32,000 nt of DNA from Candidatus Iainarchaeum sp. (GCA_028700115.1 JAQVTI010000001.1:150001-182000); one strand, 5' to 3'. Counted from the stretch's first letter, positions 1-8,945 are shown. Notes: generated from the letters alone by a model not told the origin. A program made the numbers and translations.

Positions 1-1
1 T

Positions 2-841
2 AAAAGAAAAAAAGTTGCTGCACAATATGGTTCTGGGTTTGATAAAGGAATAATTAAACTTTCAAAAGAAAATAAATTTAAATCAAAATCAGAATATCTA
101 AAAACTTTTTTAGAAAAGCAGAATCTTAATTTAGGATGTTTATATTCTTCTGGAAAAGACTCTAATCTTTCTTTAAATATTCTAAAAAAACAAAATTATA
201 AAATAAAATGTTTAATTTCTATTATTCCAGAAAACAAAGACTCATACATGTATCAAACTCCTGATTTAAAAATTTTAAAAGCACAATCAGAATGTATAGA
301 AATACCTTTAGTTTTAGGAAAAACAAAAGGTGAAAAAGAAAAAGAATTAATTGATCTTAAAAAAGTAATTAAAAAAGCAAAAGATAAATACAATCTGCAA
401 GGAATTGTCTCAGGTGCATTATTTAGTAACTACCAAAGAGAAAGAATTCAAAACATATGTAATGATTTAGGTTTAAGATTGTTTTCACCTCTATGGAATA
501 TAAACCAAGAAAAAGAAGTTTTGAAATTAATAAAAGAAAAATTTGATTTTAGAATTGTTAAAATTGCTGGATATGGACTAAATAAAGATTGGTTTTTAAG
601 AAAAATAGATTTAAAAGCTTTAGAAGAACTTAAAAAACTAAATAAGAAATATGGTTTCAATGTAGCAGGAGAAGGTGGAGAATTTGAAACTATTGTTTTA
701 GACTCACCTGATTTTAAAAAAAAAATAAAAGTTATAGACTACAAGATAAATTTAGAAAATGAATTTACTGGTGAAATTGAAATTAAAAAAATAAAAATAG
801 AAGAAAAAAGAAAAACTAATTCTAACAAGTACAACCAATAG
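2..841 (+). CDS. dph6: Diphthine-ammonia ligase / PP-loop ATP pyrophosphatase (Dph6, MJ0570 family); 5' end unresolved because the frame is open to the window edge
   Basis: The frame of the 248..841 ORF stays open back to base 2. It encodes the PP-loop motif LYSSGKDS at 140-163, upstream of the first ATG at 248. Downstream motifs GALFSNYQRERI and GEGGEFET fit the family. I see no in-frame ATG, GTG or TTG between 2 and 248, so the start is either left of the window or non-canonical. Confidence 0.7.
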   Translation, partial: KRKKVAAQYGSGFDKGIIKLSKENKFKSKSEYLKTFLEKQNLNLGCLYSSGKDSNLSLNILKKQNYKIKCLISIIPENKDSYMYQTPDLKILKAQSECIEIPLVLGKTKGEKEKELIDLKKVIKKAKDKYNLQGIVSGALFSNYQRERIQNICNDLGLRLFSPLWNINQEKEVLKLIKEKFDFRIVKIAGYGLNKDWFLRKIDLKALEELKKLNKKYGFNVAGEGGEFETIVLDSPDFKKKIKVIDYKINLENEFTGEIEIKKIKIEEKRKTNSNKYNQ

Positions 842-2096
842 CTGCACAACTTTTACCCCAAGCAGTTGCCATTGCTTGACAAAGTGCGACATTACCGTCT
901 GTAGATGACCTATAAAACATATCACTTGTATCAGTTGTAATCGAAACATTCCATGAAGATAAATTTCTATTCATTTTAGTTCTACCAAACATATAATACA
1001 TAGTAGATACATTTGAAACATCCCAATTAGATAAATCTTGGTTAAAATTACTTGCATATGCGAACATATTACGCATATTATTAATATTTGAAACATCCCA
1101 ATTATTCATATTAGAAACATAAGATACATTTGAACAATTTCTAAAAAAACCTTCTAAACTAGTAACCCCATTTAAATCTAAAATATCAGTTGCAGTTATA
1201 CTAGTTAAATTACTACAACCATAAAATGCATTTGTACTAAATTTTGGGTTAAACCCCCCCCAATGAGATATATTTGTAATTTTAGGATAATCTCCAGAAG
1301 CATTAAAAGACCAACCTTGAATAGTTCCAAACATATTTACATCATAAATTCCTGATGAAGAATAAGTATGTAATTTATCAGAATCATCATAAGAAGTTAT
1401 TTCTGAAGTAGTCCCATCTCCCCAATCTACTGTAAAATCATAATTACCTTCAGAAACTAAAGGTAAAGATATTTGATTAGCTTCACTAGATCCAGTAGAA
1501 GTTTTTGTAGTATCCCAAGTTGAAGAAAAATAAGGAATTATACAATCTTGACCACATGAAGAAATTGTTTCATCTCCATTACAAGTTCCATCTCCACAAT
1601 AAGGTGCATTATCACATGAAACAAGACTTGCTCCTAAATAACTTACAGGAATAGAAATATATTTACCATCATTAGTTTTTAATTCTAAAATAAATTCTTT
1701 TGAAGGAATACATATTATATCTAATTGATTACTTCTATTTGGATTAATAACTAAAGGAGTTTCTAAAGTATATTCTGTGTTTATAAAATTTGTATTTTCT
1801 GCGGTTGTAGAAATTAATTTATATGCAACAACATTTAAATCTTTATTAAAATTGTTATTTTCTAAAACAACTTTAGAATAATCCCCAGACATACTTTCAT
1901 AAACAGATCTGTATTTTATAAACCCATCTAAATCTGATTTATCATAAGTAACTACAGAAGATTCATCTAGATTAGATGTAGTAAAATCTTTTGAAAAAGA
2001 AACAATTCCTGCAATTAAAACAACTGAAACTAAAACAATTAAAACAGTTGCAATTAATGGAGAAATTGCTTTTTTATAAAAATCATTGCCAAACAT
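822..2096 (-). CDS. Secreted surface protein: archaeal class III (type IV pilin-like) signal peptide followed by DUF285/BspA-like repeats
   Basis: From the Met at 2096 the protein reads MFGNDFYKKA/ISPLIATVLIVLV: basic residues, an Ala cleavage site, then a hydrophobic helix, which is the prepilin-like signal. One CGDGTCNGDE..C..DC Cys module follows. The C-terminal half has tandem repeats with the signature W(D/N)VSN(I/V)xxMxxMF...FNQDL. The ORF-track start at 2180 would overlap the upstream KH gene and adds an implausible leader, so 2096 is preferred. Confidence 0.8.
   Translation of the reverse strand: MFGNDFYKKAISPLIATVLIVLVSVVLIAGIVSFSKDFTTSNLDESSVVTYDKSDLDGFIKYRSVYESMSGDYSKVVLENNNFNKDLNVVAYKLISTTAENTNFINTEYTLETPLVINPNRSNQLDIICIPSKEFILELKTNDGKYISIPVSYLGASLVSCDNAPYCGDGTCNGDETISSCGQDCIIPYFSSTWDTTKTSTGSSEANQISLPLVSEGNYDFTVDWGDGTTSEITSYDDSDKLHTYSSSGIYDVNMFGTIQGWSFNASGDYPKITNISHWGGFNPKFSTNAFYGCSNLTSITATDILDLNGVTSLEGFFRNCSNVSYVSNMNNWDVSNINNMRNMFAYASNFNQDLSNWDVSNVSTMYYMFGRTKMNRNLSSWNVSITTDTSDMFYRSSTDGNVALCQAMATAWGKSCAAIGCTC
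1576..2077. repeat. 502-bp segment about 99 % identical to 23863..24364 (shared 5' module of the two adhesin genes)
   Basis: Direct comparison at a constant offset of 22287 bp. I see only about 7 differences, clustered at 1906-1915 plus one near 1977. Identity stops abruptly at both ends. Confidence 0.9.
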
Positions 2097-2157
2097 ATAT
2101 AAACAATTATAAAAAATATTTAAAAACATATTTATTATTAAATAAAAATTAAAAAAA

Positions 2158-2730
2158 TTAATCAAAAGAAATATCATCAATTTTAACTTCTTGGGTCTTA
2201 ACTTTTTTATAACCTTCTGCTTTTAAAGATAAAGATTTTAACATTTTAAAAACAGTTGTATGTTTTACACCTTGTAATATTTTTTCAATAACATCTCTTA
2301 CTTCAGAAATATTATCTTGATAACCAATAATAGAAACTGTCTTTCCATAAACAGAAATAAAACAATGAAGCTTATCTTCAATCATTTTTTTAATATGACC
2401 ATCTTTTCCAATAACTCTTCCTCTTATTTGTTCATGTCTATTTCTTGTATTTTTTACAAAATCATCTAAATCAATTATTTCTAAAAGAAAATTATCTTCT
2501 AAAAGATTAAAAGAAACTTCTGGAGAAAACCCTCTTGAAATTGCAGTAAGTATATTTTTTGCGATATGTATTTCATAAAATGATTTTTTAGTTGAAATAA
2601 TTATTTCCCCAGTATGACTATTAATATTTAAATTAGTAGAAGTTTTTTTTTGAATATCTTTTTTAGTTTGACCATTTTCTCCAATAATTACAGCAAGTCT
2701 TTTTTTAGTAACTTTTATTTCATCTTCCAT
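2158..2730 (-). CDS. KH-domain RNA-binding protein, archaeal Dim2/Pno1-like
   Basis: Two KH-like modules are present (IIGENGQTKKDIQ and RVIGKDGHIKKMIE, GxxG type). It sits directly downstream of the Rio kinase, a conserved archaeal neighbourhood. The ATG at 2730 overlaps the Rio stop (ATGGAAGATGA). The track start at 2739 is a TTG. Confidence 0.8.
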   Translation of the reverse strand: MEDEIKVTKKRLAVIIGENGQTKKDIQKKTSTNLNINSHTGEIIISTKKSFYEIHIAKNILTAISRGFSPEVSFNLLEDNFLLEIIDLDDFVKNTRNRHEQIRGRVIGKDGHIKKMIEDKLHCFISVYGKTVSIIGYQDNISEVRDVIEKILQGVKHTTVFKMLKSLSLKAEGYKKVKTQEVKIDDISFD

Positions 2731-3448
2731 AAAGCTCAACTTTTTTCTTTTTTAAATCTTCTAAAAACATGTCATATGTAATTTCTATTTTTGGAAATTT
2801 TTTAGACAAAAAATCCACAATATTAATAATATCTCTTTTTAAAAAAAACTTAGATTTAGGATGGCTATAAGTTACAGATTGACCCATATCAATAATACTT
2901 ATTATTTGAGAAATAGGGTTAATTAAAATATTAAATGCAGAAAAATCTGCATGAACTATTTTAGCTCCATAAAGCAATTTTGCATAATTATCTATAAGTT
3001 GAGGATAAATTTTATCTAAATCAAAATCAATTTCATTAAGTCTTGGGAAAGATTTATCATTTATACCTAAAAAAGACATAATAATTATATTTTTTTCTCT
3101 AGCTATTACAACAGGACAACTAACATTATATTTTAAAGCAAGAGTTAAATTTTTAAATTCTTTAGAAGCCCAAACCATAAACATATCTCTTTTGTCAGTA
3201 GACATATTTCTAAATCTAAAATCTCCTTTAATATATTGATCCATATTTTTAAATTTAGAAGTTTCTATCTTATAAATTTTTGCAACTAAGGGAGTTTTTT
3301 CTAAATGTCCTAAAAAAGTAATTGCTTCTTTTCCACTAGATATAGGAGAATCAATTGAAGTAATAATATTATTAGAAGAAAGTTTAAATAAAGCTTTATG
3401 TGTAGATTCATCAAAAACATAATTCTCTATCTTAGTATTAATTTTCAT
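2720..3448 (-). CDS. rio1: RIO-type serine/threonine protein kinase (Rio1-like)
   Basis: Motifs SSGKEA (nucleotide loop), HADFSAFN (catalytic loop) and IDMGQSV (metal-binding loop). The ATG at 3448 is preferred over the TTG at 3457. Confidence 0.85.
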   Translation of the reverse strand: MKINTKIENYVFDESTHKALFKLSSNNIITSIDSPISSGKEAITFLGHLEKTPLVAKIYKIETSKFKNMDQYIKGDFRFRNMSTDKRDMFMVWASKEFKNLTLALKYNVSCPVVIAREKNIIIMSFLGINDKSFPRLNEIDFDLDKIYPQLIDNYAKLLYGAKIVHADFSAFNILINPISQIISIIDMGQSVTYSHPKSKFFLKRDIINIVDFLSKKFPKIEITYDMFLEDLKKKKVELYGR

Positions 3449-3479
3449 AAATATCAAAATTTATTTATATTAAAAATAA

Positions 3480-3839
3480 TTATTCTTTTTCATTTTTAGA
3501 ATAATTATTTGAAGAAACAACATCATGAGTAAATTTATATAAATTATTTAAAACACCTTTTCTTTCAAGTTGACCAACTTGAAAACCTAAAAATCTCCAA
3601 ATCACATCTCCTTTTATAGGTTGAAAATCCCAAAGTTTTACTATAACAACATCTCCTGGTTTTATCCAAATATGTTTAAACATTTTTCCAGGTATTCTAC
3701 AAACTCTTTCTATTCCATCTTCACAAAGAATAGAAATATTATTTACACCCATAAGTTGTACTACTTTTCCAAATAACTCTAAGTCTTCTTTTCTTGGCAA
3801 CCTAAGTCTTTTAAAATTTGGGGTTTGATCTAAGCTCAA
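3480..3839 (-). CDS. eif1a: Translation initiation factor aIF-1A
   Basis: S1/OB-type sequence GKVVQLMG..ILCEDGIERVCRIPGKM..IWIKPGDVVIVKLWDF...GDVIWRF. It starts at a TTG, with a GGAGTG Shine-Dalgarno about 8 nt upstream (3849-3855). Confidence 0.9.
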   Translation of the reverse strand: MSLDQTPNFKRLRLPRKEDLELFGKVVQLMGVNNISILCEDGIERVCRIPGKMFKHIWIKPGDVVIVKLWDFQPIKGDVIWRFLGFQVGQLERKGVLNNLYKFTHDVVSSNNYSKNEKE

Positions 3840-3857
3840 AAATTAATCACTCCTTTA

Positions 3858-4163
3858 TTAAATTTTATATATTTGCACATGTGGCACTTTATTTAAAAAA
3901 ATTACTTGATCTTTATTAATTAAATTATTATTTATAAAAAAACCACAAGATTTTTTCCCAAAACAATTTACAGAATCACAATCTTTAAAAAAATCTAAAA
4001 CTTCTTTTTCAGAAATAATTTTTTCTCCAAAAAAAGAAGAAGATATCATAATTTCAAAATTTTTTAAAATAATTTTTGTATTAACTAAATTTGAATCACA
4101 AACAGCTAAGATTTTATTTTTTGAAAAATTATGTAATTTACCAATCATAATATTTGTTTCCAT
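3858..4163 (-). CDS. DUF424 family protein
   Basis: The pattern ILAVCD...FFGEK...VPHVQIYKI matches the conserved archaeal DUF424 layout (CDEELLGK...FYGG...PHAQ). It lies next to aIF2-beta, as in many archaea. Confidence 0.65.
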   Translation of the reverse strand: METNIMIGKLHNFSKNKILAVCDSNLVNTKIILKNFEIMISSSFFGEKIISEKEVLDFFKDCDSVNCFGKKSCGFFINNNLINKDQVIFLNKVPHVQIYKI

Positions 4164-4196
4164 TTTAAATTTTAAATAATAAACTTTTTAAAAAAA

Positions 4197-4622
4197 TTAT
4201 AATTTTGGTAAAGGATTAATTGCACCACAAACACTACATTTTAAAACCTTTACACCATTTTGAGTTACAATATCTGTATCTGGTTTTTTACAAGCAAGAC
4301 ATATCACAAAATTTTTTAAATATTTCTCAAAGATTTGATTTAATTTATAATTATTAAAAACACCATTTAAAATTAAAGTACCATTTTGAATACTTGAAGA
4401 TGTAGAAATCTCTTTCATAATAAATTTATATATTTGAGATTCATCTCTTTTAATAGTTTTTGCAACTTTTGAAAAATTTTTCCAAATAGTTTGTTTACCC
4501 ATAACCATTGATTCAACTGTTGGAAGTATAAATCTAGAATCATCTAATGCTTTATTAGGAAGAGACATATAAATCCTATCTAATAAATCTTTATAATTTA
4601 ATTCATTTTTAGTATCGTTCAT
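4197..4622 (-). CDS. eif2b: Translation initiation factor aIF-2 beta subunit
   Basis: YKDLLDRIY...RFILP core and a C-terminal zinc ribbon, C..C(KKPDT)...CSVCG. Confidence 0.9.
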   Translation of the reverse strand: MNDTKNELNYKDLLDRIYMSLPNKALDDSRFILPTVESMVMGKQTIWKNFSKVAKTIKRDESQIYKFIMKEISTSSSIQNGTLILNGVFNNYKLNQIFEKYLKNFVICLACKKPDTDIVTQNGVKVLKCSVCGAINPLPKL

Positions 4623-4724
4623 AAATATAATATATGATAAGAAGTATTTATAAAACTAAAGTAAAAAGAAAAAAAAGAAAATAAATCAAGAAAAATTAAA
4701 AAAATAAAAATAAACAAAATAAAA

Positions 4725-5576
4725 CTATAAAAGAAATATTAAAATATAAATAATTACAAAAAGCATAAATAAAGTTTGAAGGGGAAGAGCAGGAAGTGCT
4801 TTTATTTTTTTAGACTTAGAAAGAATTACAAAAGTTAAAACCAATCCTAAAATAGAAGCAAGCCAAATAAACATAATAGGAAATATTGTTTGAATAAAGG
4901 TATATTTACCAATTAATATATAAAAAAAAGATACAGAAGTTAATAATGGAATAACAATATCTCCCCCTCCAAGTTGATATACTTTTCTTTTAGTAGGAAT
5001 AGAAAATGTAAAAGCTAATTTTTTTTTAATAACCATATTTGCTAAAACCACCATATGCTTTGTATAAAAAACAGCAATAATATCATAAATAGATAATAAA
5101 ATTATAAAAACGATTACAGGAATAACACCTAAAGATAAACCAATAATAGACCCTGCTCCTGCAATAGATATAGCTAATAAAAAATTATTATACCACATTA
5201 AAAGTTTTATATTTTTTTTAAATTTTAAAAAATTTCTAAAAACTAATAAAAACAAACTAATTAACAAAGCAAAATAATAAGATAAAAAAACATCAAAAAC
5301 AACTACACAACCAACAAATAAAGCCATAATTTCAAAAAAATTAAGATAATTTTGTTTTTTAAAAAATCTTTTTAAAAAAATCATAAGAAAAGTAAATATT
5401 AAAATTTCAATTAAAATACCAAAAGCATTAATTACATTATTAGGATCTTCTGTAAATACACCTCTAACAGCATCTTGATTTAAATAATAATTTGCAGAAA
5501 TTAACCCAATTATTTGTATAAATACAAAAATTAAAATAAAAATTATAAAAAAATTAAAATCTAATTTTTTAGTCAT
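4725..5576 (-). CDS. Presenilin / signal-peptide-peptidase-like intramembrane aspartyl protease (A22 family homologue)
   Basis: Polytopic membrane protein. It has the three diagnostic motifs in order: YD (LSIYDIIAVF), GxGD (LGGGDIVIPLL) and PAL (ALPALP). Confidence 0.75.
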   Translation of the reverse strand: MTKKLDFNFFIIFILIFVFIQIIGLISANYYLNQDAVRGVFTEDPNNVINAFGILIEILIFTFLMIFLKRFFKKQNYLNFFEIMALFVGCVVVFDVFLSYYFALLISLFLLVFRNFLKFKKNIKLLMWYNNFLLAISIAGAGSIIGLSLGVIPVIVFIILLSIYDIIAVFYTKHMVVLANMVIKKKLAFTFSIPTKRKVYQLGGGDIVIPLLTSVSFFYILIGKYTFIQTIFPIMFIWLASILGLVLTFVILSKSKKIKALPALPLQTLFMLFVIIYILIFLL

Positions 5577-5653
5577 AAATAATCTTTTTTTAAAATTTTA
5601 TTTTAAAAATATATATTTTATAATGTTATTAAAAATAATAAATATCTTTAAAA

Positions 5654-6031
5654 TTATTTAGAAAATTCTTTTTTAAAAGGTTTTTTATATGAAAAATCTT
5701 TAAAAATATTATAATCATTAGAAATCTTTTTAAACAAAAGACTATAAAGACCTTTTTGTTTATAATAACTTGAAATTACAACTTCTTTTTTAAAAAACTT
5801 ATTAGAAGAAACTTTACCAATTATAAAACCTATTGCATTTGTATTTTGTTTTGCAATATAAATCACATAATTTTTATTTAAAACTAAATCTTCTAAATCT
5901 TTTTTAACTTTTGGAATACTTTTTGTAATATCTATTCCTGGAAATTTAATTTTTAAAAAATCAGAAATATATGAATCTTTTAAAAAAATAATATTTTTAG
6001 AATAAATTTTAGAATAAATTATATTGTTCAT
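5654..6031 (-). CDS. Hypothetical protein (weak GNAT-like pattern)
   Basis: Intact 125-aa ORF in a tight gene array. AIGFIIGK...VVISSYYKQKGLYSLLFKKI only loosely resembles the acetyl-CoA-binding strand-helix of GNAT enzymes. Confidence 0.4.
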   Translation of the reverse strand: MNNIIYSKIYSKNIIFLKDSYISDFLKIKFPGIDITKSIPKVKKDLEDLVLNKNYVIYIAKQNTNAIGFIIGKVSSNKFFKKEVVISSYYKQKGLYSLLFKKISNDYNIFKDFSYKKPFKKEFSK

Positions 6032-6054
6032 ATTAATATATACTTTACAAAATA

Positions 6055-8199
6055 TTAAAAACTATCCTGTTCAATAGGTTTTAATAAACCTATTTTTGGT
6101 TCATAAACATCTCCAATTTTTTTAAGTTTAGAAATTGCTTCTAAAACCTTATCTCTATTATGTCCTTCTTTTTCAGCAAAATCTAAAACTTCCTTTGTAG
6201 GAATTGGATTTCCATTTTCACAAAGATCTTTTATATATCTTAAAACAGTTTTTACAAGATTTCTTTCAGATTGAGATTGACCTGTTGCTAAAATATCAAT
6301 ATCTATTTTTCCAGTTTCAACATCTAAAGCAGTTTGTTCTAAAGAAGTTTTAAAAATTCTAATTGCTCTTTGAGCATCATCTGGGTCAATTATTTTTTTT
6401 AATTTTATTTTTGCACTAGCTTCAGATAATCTAATTAATCCTTCTAACTGTCTTGGAGTTGCTGCAAAACTTTTTTGTTTTCGCCCAAGATCTCTTAAAC
6501 TAATATAATAATCTAAAATAATTTTTGAAGCTTCAGCAGAAAGAATAGGTTTTATGTTCTGTCTTGAATAAGCAACATATTTTTTATAAAGTAAAGGATC
6601 TATTTCTGGAAGAATATTTCTATTTGCTTCATCATATTCTTCTTTATCTATAGAATTATCATTTGTTGAAAGTTTTTGTGCAAAAGTTTGTGTATTTAAA
6701 ATATGCTTTGCAATACTTATATCTTGATCTCTTTTTAAATTATCAGGAATAACAAAATATAAATCAAATCTTGAAATTAAAGAAAAAGGAAGATCTATTT
6801 GTTCAATTGGATTTTTAAAAGGATCAAATCTATTATATTTAGGATTTGCAGCAGCAAGAATAGAACAATCTGCTTTAAATTTACTATATAATCCAGCTTT
6901 TGAAACAGAAACAGTAGATTGAGCCATTGCTTCATGAAGAGAACTTTTATCTTCAGGACTTATTTTATCAAATTCATCAATTAATGCAATCCCACCACTT
7001 GCTAAAATAACAGCACCAGCCTTTAAAGTCCAACCACCTTCTCCAAATTCATCTTTTACTGCTGAAACTGTAAGCCCTGCTCCTGAAACTGTTTTTCCTG
7101 CAACATAAACAGATTTTGGTGCTAAAATATTTGTATATTCTAAAAGTTTAGATTTTCCTGTAGATGGATCACCAACTAAAAGAATATGAATATTCCCTCT
7201 TAATTTTTGTTTAGCTGCTTCTTTTTTAACACCACCAAACATTTGAAGAGTAATTGCTTCTTTTACAACTTCATGACCCCAAATATTAGGGGCAATAGAT
7301 CTTGCTAAAACATCATAAATATCATTTTTTTTAGAAAGTTCTAAAATTTGTGTTTCTTCTTCAGGATCAATGGTTAATTCATCATATTCTTGATCTATTT
7401 TTTCAATATGATTTGCAACAATATATTTCCCATAAATATTCATATCTCCTTTTGGAGGTCTTAATTTTAAAACACCAGTAACTAAAATTTTATCTCCTGC
7501 AGAACATTTATTAACAAGATCTTGAGAAAGATAAACATCTATATTACTTGCTTGATCAGAACCTTTTAAACTTTCTAAAGGCTCTTGCATTTGAATTTTT
7601 TGATAATCTATAAAAGCAGATTGCTCTAAATCAATATCAAATTCTCTAGACTTACACTCCCTACATAAAACAGGTTTTGAAAGCTGTTGGGATTTTTGTT
7701 CGATATCAATTGCAGTACCACATTTTCTACAAACAAAATGAGCTGTAGTTAATTTTTCTAATCTTTCAGTAATTAATCTAATTGTTCCTTCTGCAGAAAT
7801 TAATTTTGTTAAATGATCAGAACCAATATCTCTTATTGAAACCCTATATTCTTTTGGAAGATTATAAAATCTAATAATAGGTTCAAACTTTTCTTCAATT
7901 TCAGAATCTAAAATTCCAATATCTATTTTTTTAATTGCAGCATTTGCTGCTTCAATTATAATTTGAGGATTATCTATTAATCTTTCAGAAATATTTAAAT
8001 CAAATTCTTCTAATTTTTTATAATCTATATCAAGACTTATTTTTTTAGGATAATTAGAAGCAAGAAACTCAATTTCTCTTTTATATATATCATCAAAAAA
8101 TTCTTGCAAAATATCTATATAACTATCAATTGCTAAATCTTTTGGCTTTCCAGTATTTGTATCTTCAAGAGAATCAAATTCTTTATCTAAATCAATCAT
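6055..8199 (-). CDS. mcm: MCM replicative helicase
   Basis: Zinc motif CRKCG...CRECKS, Walker A GDPSTGKSKLL, Walker B IDEFDK, arginine finger SRFDL, and a C-terminal wHTH-like tail. No intein. Confidence 0.95.
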   Translation of the reverse strand: MIDLDKEFDSLEDTNTGKPKDLAIDSYIDILQEFFDDIYKREIEFLASNYPKKISLDIDYKKLEEFDLNISERLIDNPQIIIEAANAAIKKIDIGILDSEIEEKFEPIIRFYNLPKEYRVSIRDIGSDHLTKLISAEGTIRLITERLEKLTTAHFVCRKCGTAIDIEQKSQQLSKPVLCRECKSREFDIDLEQSAFIDYQKIQMQEPLESLKGSDQASNIDVYLSQDLVNKCSAGDKILVTGVLKLRPPKGDMNIYGKYIVANHIEKIDQEYDELTIDPEEETQILELSKKNDIYDVLARSIAPNIWGHEVVKEAITLQMFGGVKKEAAKQKLRGNIHILLVGDPSTGKSKLLEYTNILAPKSVYVAGKTVSGAGLTVSAVKDEFGEGGWTLKAGAVILASGGIALIDEFDKISPEDKSSLHEAMAQSTVSVSKAGLYSKFKADCSILAAANPKYNRFDPFKNPIEQIDLPFSLISRFDLYFVIPDNLKRDQDISIAKHILNTQTFAQKLSTNDNSIDKEEYDEANRNILPEIDPLLYKKYVAYSRQNIKPILSAEASKIILDYYISLRDLGRKQKSFAATPRQLEGLIRLSEASAKIKLKKIIDPDDAQRAIRIFKTSLEQTALDVETGKIDIDILATGQSQSERNLVKTVLRYIKDLCENGNPIPTKEVLDFAEKEGHNRDKVLEAISKLKKIGDVYEPKIGLLKPIEQDSF

Positions 8200-8345
8200 T
8201 TATAAAAACCTCAAAAATATTATATATAAAATATTTATAAACATAAATAAAGGGTATGTGACCAAAACCTAAATTTACAAAAAATATAAATATATAAATT
8301 TTATTAAAATTTTCTATATATTACAAATTTTAAAAAAATCCTTAA

Positions 8346-8373
8346 AAAAACCTATTTTTAAAAATAGGTTTTT
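8346..8373. repeat. Perfect 28-bp palindrome AAAAACCTATTTTTAAAAATAGGTTTTT, a terminator or operator candidate
   Basis: Read directly. It lies in the 325-bp spacer between the 8525..8854 gene and the MCM start. On the minus strand it is followed by a T-run. Confidence 0.6.
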
Positions 8374-8524
8374 ATTAAAGAAAGTTTTATAGTTGTATAA
8401 AAATAAATATTACAAATCTTATATATTATTATTTAGTTTGGAAAAAATAAAAAAAAACATATAAAATAAGGAAATAATACAAGAAGTATAGAGGTAAAAT
8501 AAAAAAAAATAAAAAAAATACAAA

Positions 8525-8854
8525 TTAATTTACATAATAATTATATAAATAATTTGCAGCACCTTGACAACTTGCTTGACAAGCTTGCATATTATAATTA
8601 CAACTAGATACTGATGATCCACTATCTATACATATTTCAAAATTATCCTTACAACCATTAATACACCAATTATAAAAAGCACTATTATATGGAGATTCTT
8701 CATCTAAAGAAAATGGATTTGCAATAGATATAGGTTGTGAAATAATATTGTTTGCAGAACCAGATATTGTTAAATCATTTATTAAAAAACCAACAATTAT
8801 TCCAATAACTAAAGCAATAATTACTAAAAGACTTAACTTTAAATTATTTTTCAT
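8525..8854 (-). CDS. Small membrane-anchored or secreted cysteine-rich protein
   Basis: N-terminal hydrophobic helix LSLLVIIALVIGIIVGFLI, and a C-terminal part with 8 Cys. The ATG at 8854 is preceded by GAGGTG (8863-8868). The track start at 8866 is a GTG inside that Shine-Dalgarno. Confidence 0.5.
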   Translation of the reverse strand: MKNNLKLSLLVIIALVIGIIVGFLINDLTISGSANNIISQPISIANPFSLDEESPYNSAFYNWCINGCKDNFEICIDSGSSVSSCNYNMQACQASCQGAANYLYNYYVN

Positions 8855-8945
8855 AAAACTAAACACCTCATAAACAAATATTTTAAAATATTTAATAATA
8901 TATATTATAAAAGATAATGTTTATAAAACAAATTAATATATAAAA

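Noticed and set aside
448-660. Antisense and shadow ORFs inside well-supported genes: 448-660(-), 752-949(-), 11788-11976(-), 11980-12198(-), 12382-12684(-), 17916-18254(+), 19662-19871(+), 26334-26600(+), 27828-28106(-), 28814-29077(-), 29241-29468(-).
   Set aside because: Each lies almost wholly within, or mostly overlaps, a gene on the other strand that has clear family motifs. Their products are low-complexity with no recognisable features.
2097-2180. 5' extension of the small adhesin ORF (MMIFLLINFFNFYLIINMFLNIFYNCLY...).
   Set aside because: The extension overlaps the end of the KH gene. It has no counterpart in the paralogue, whose signal peptide starts about 10 residues before KKAISPLIATV. 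The ATG at 2096 gives the canonical short, charged pre-sequence.
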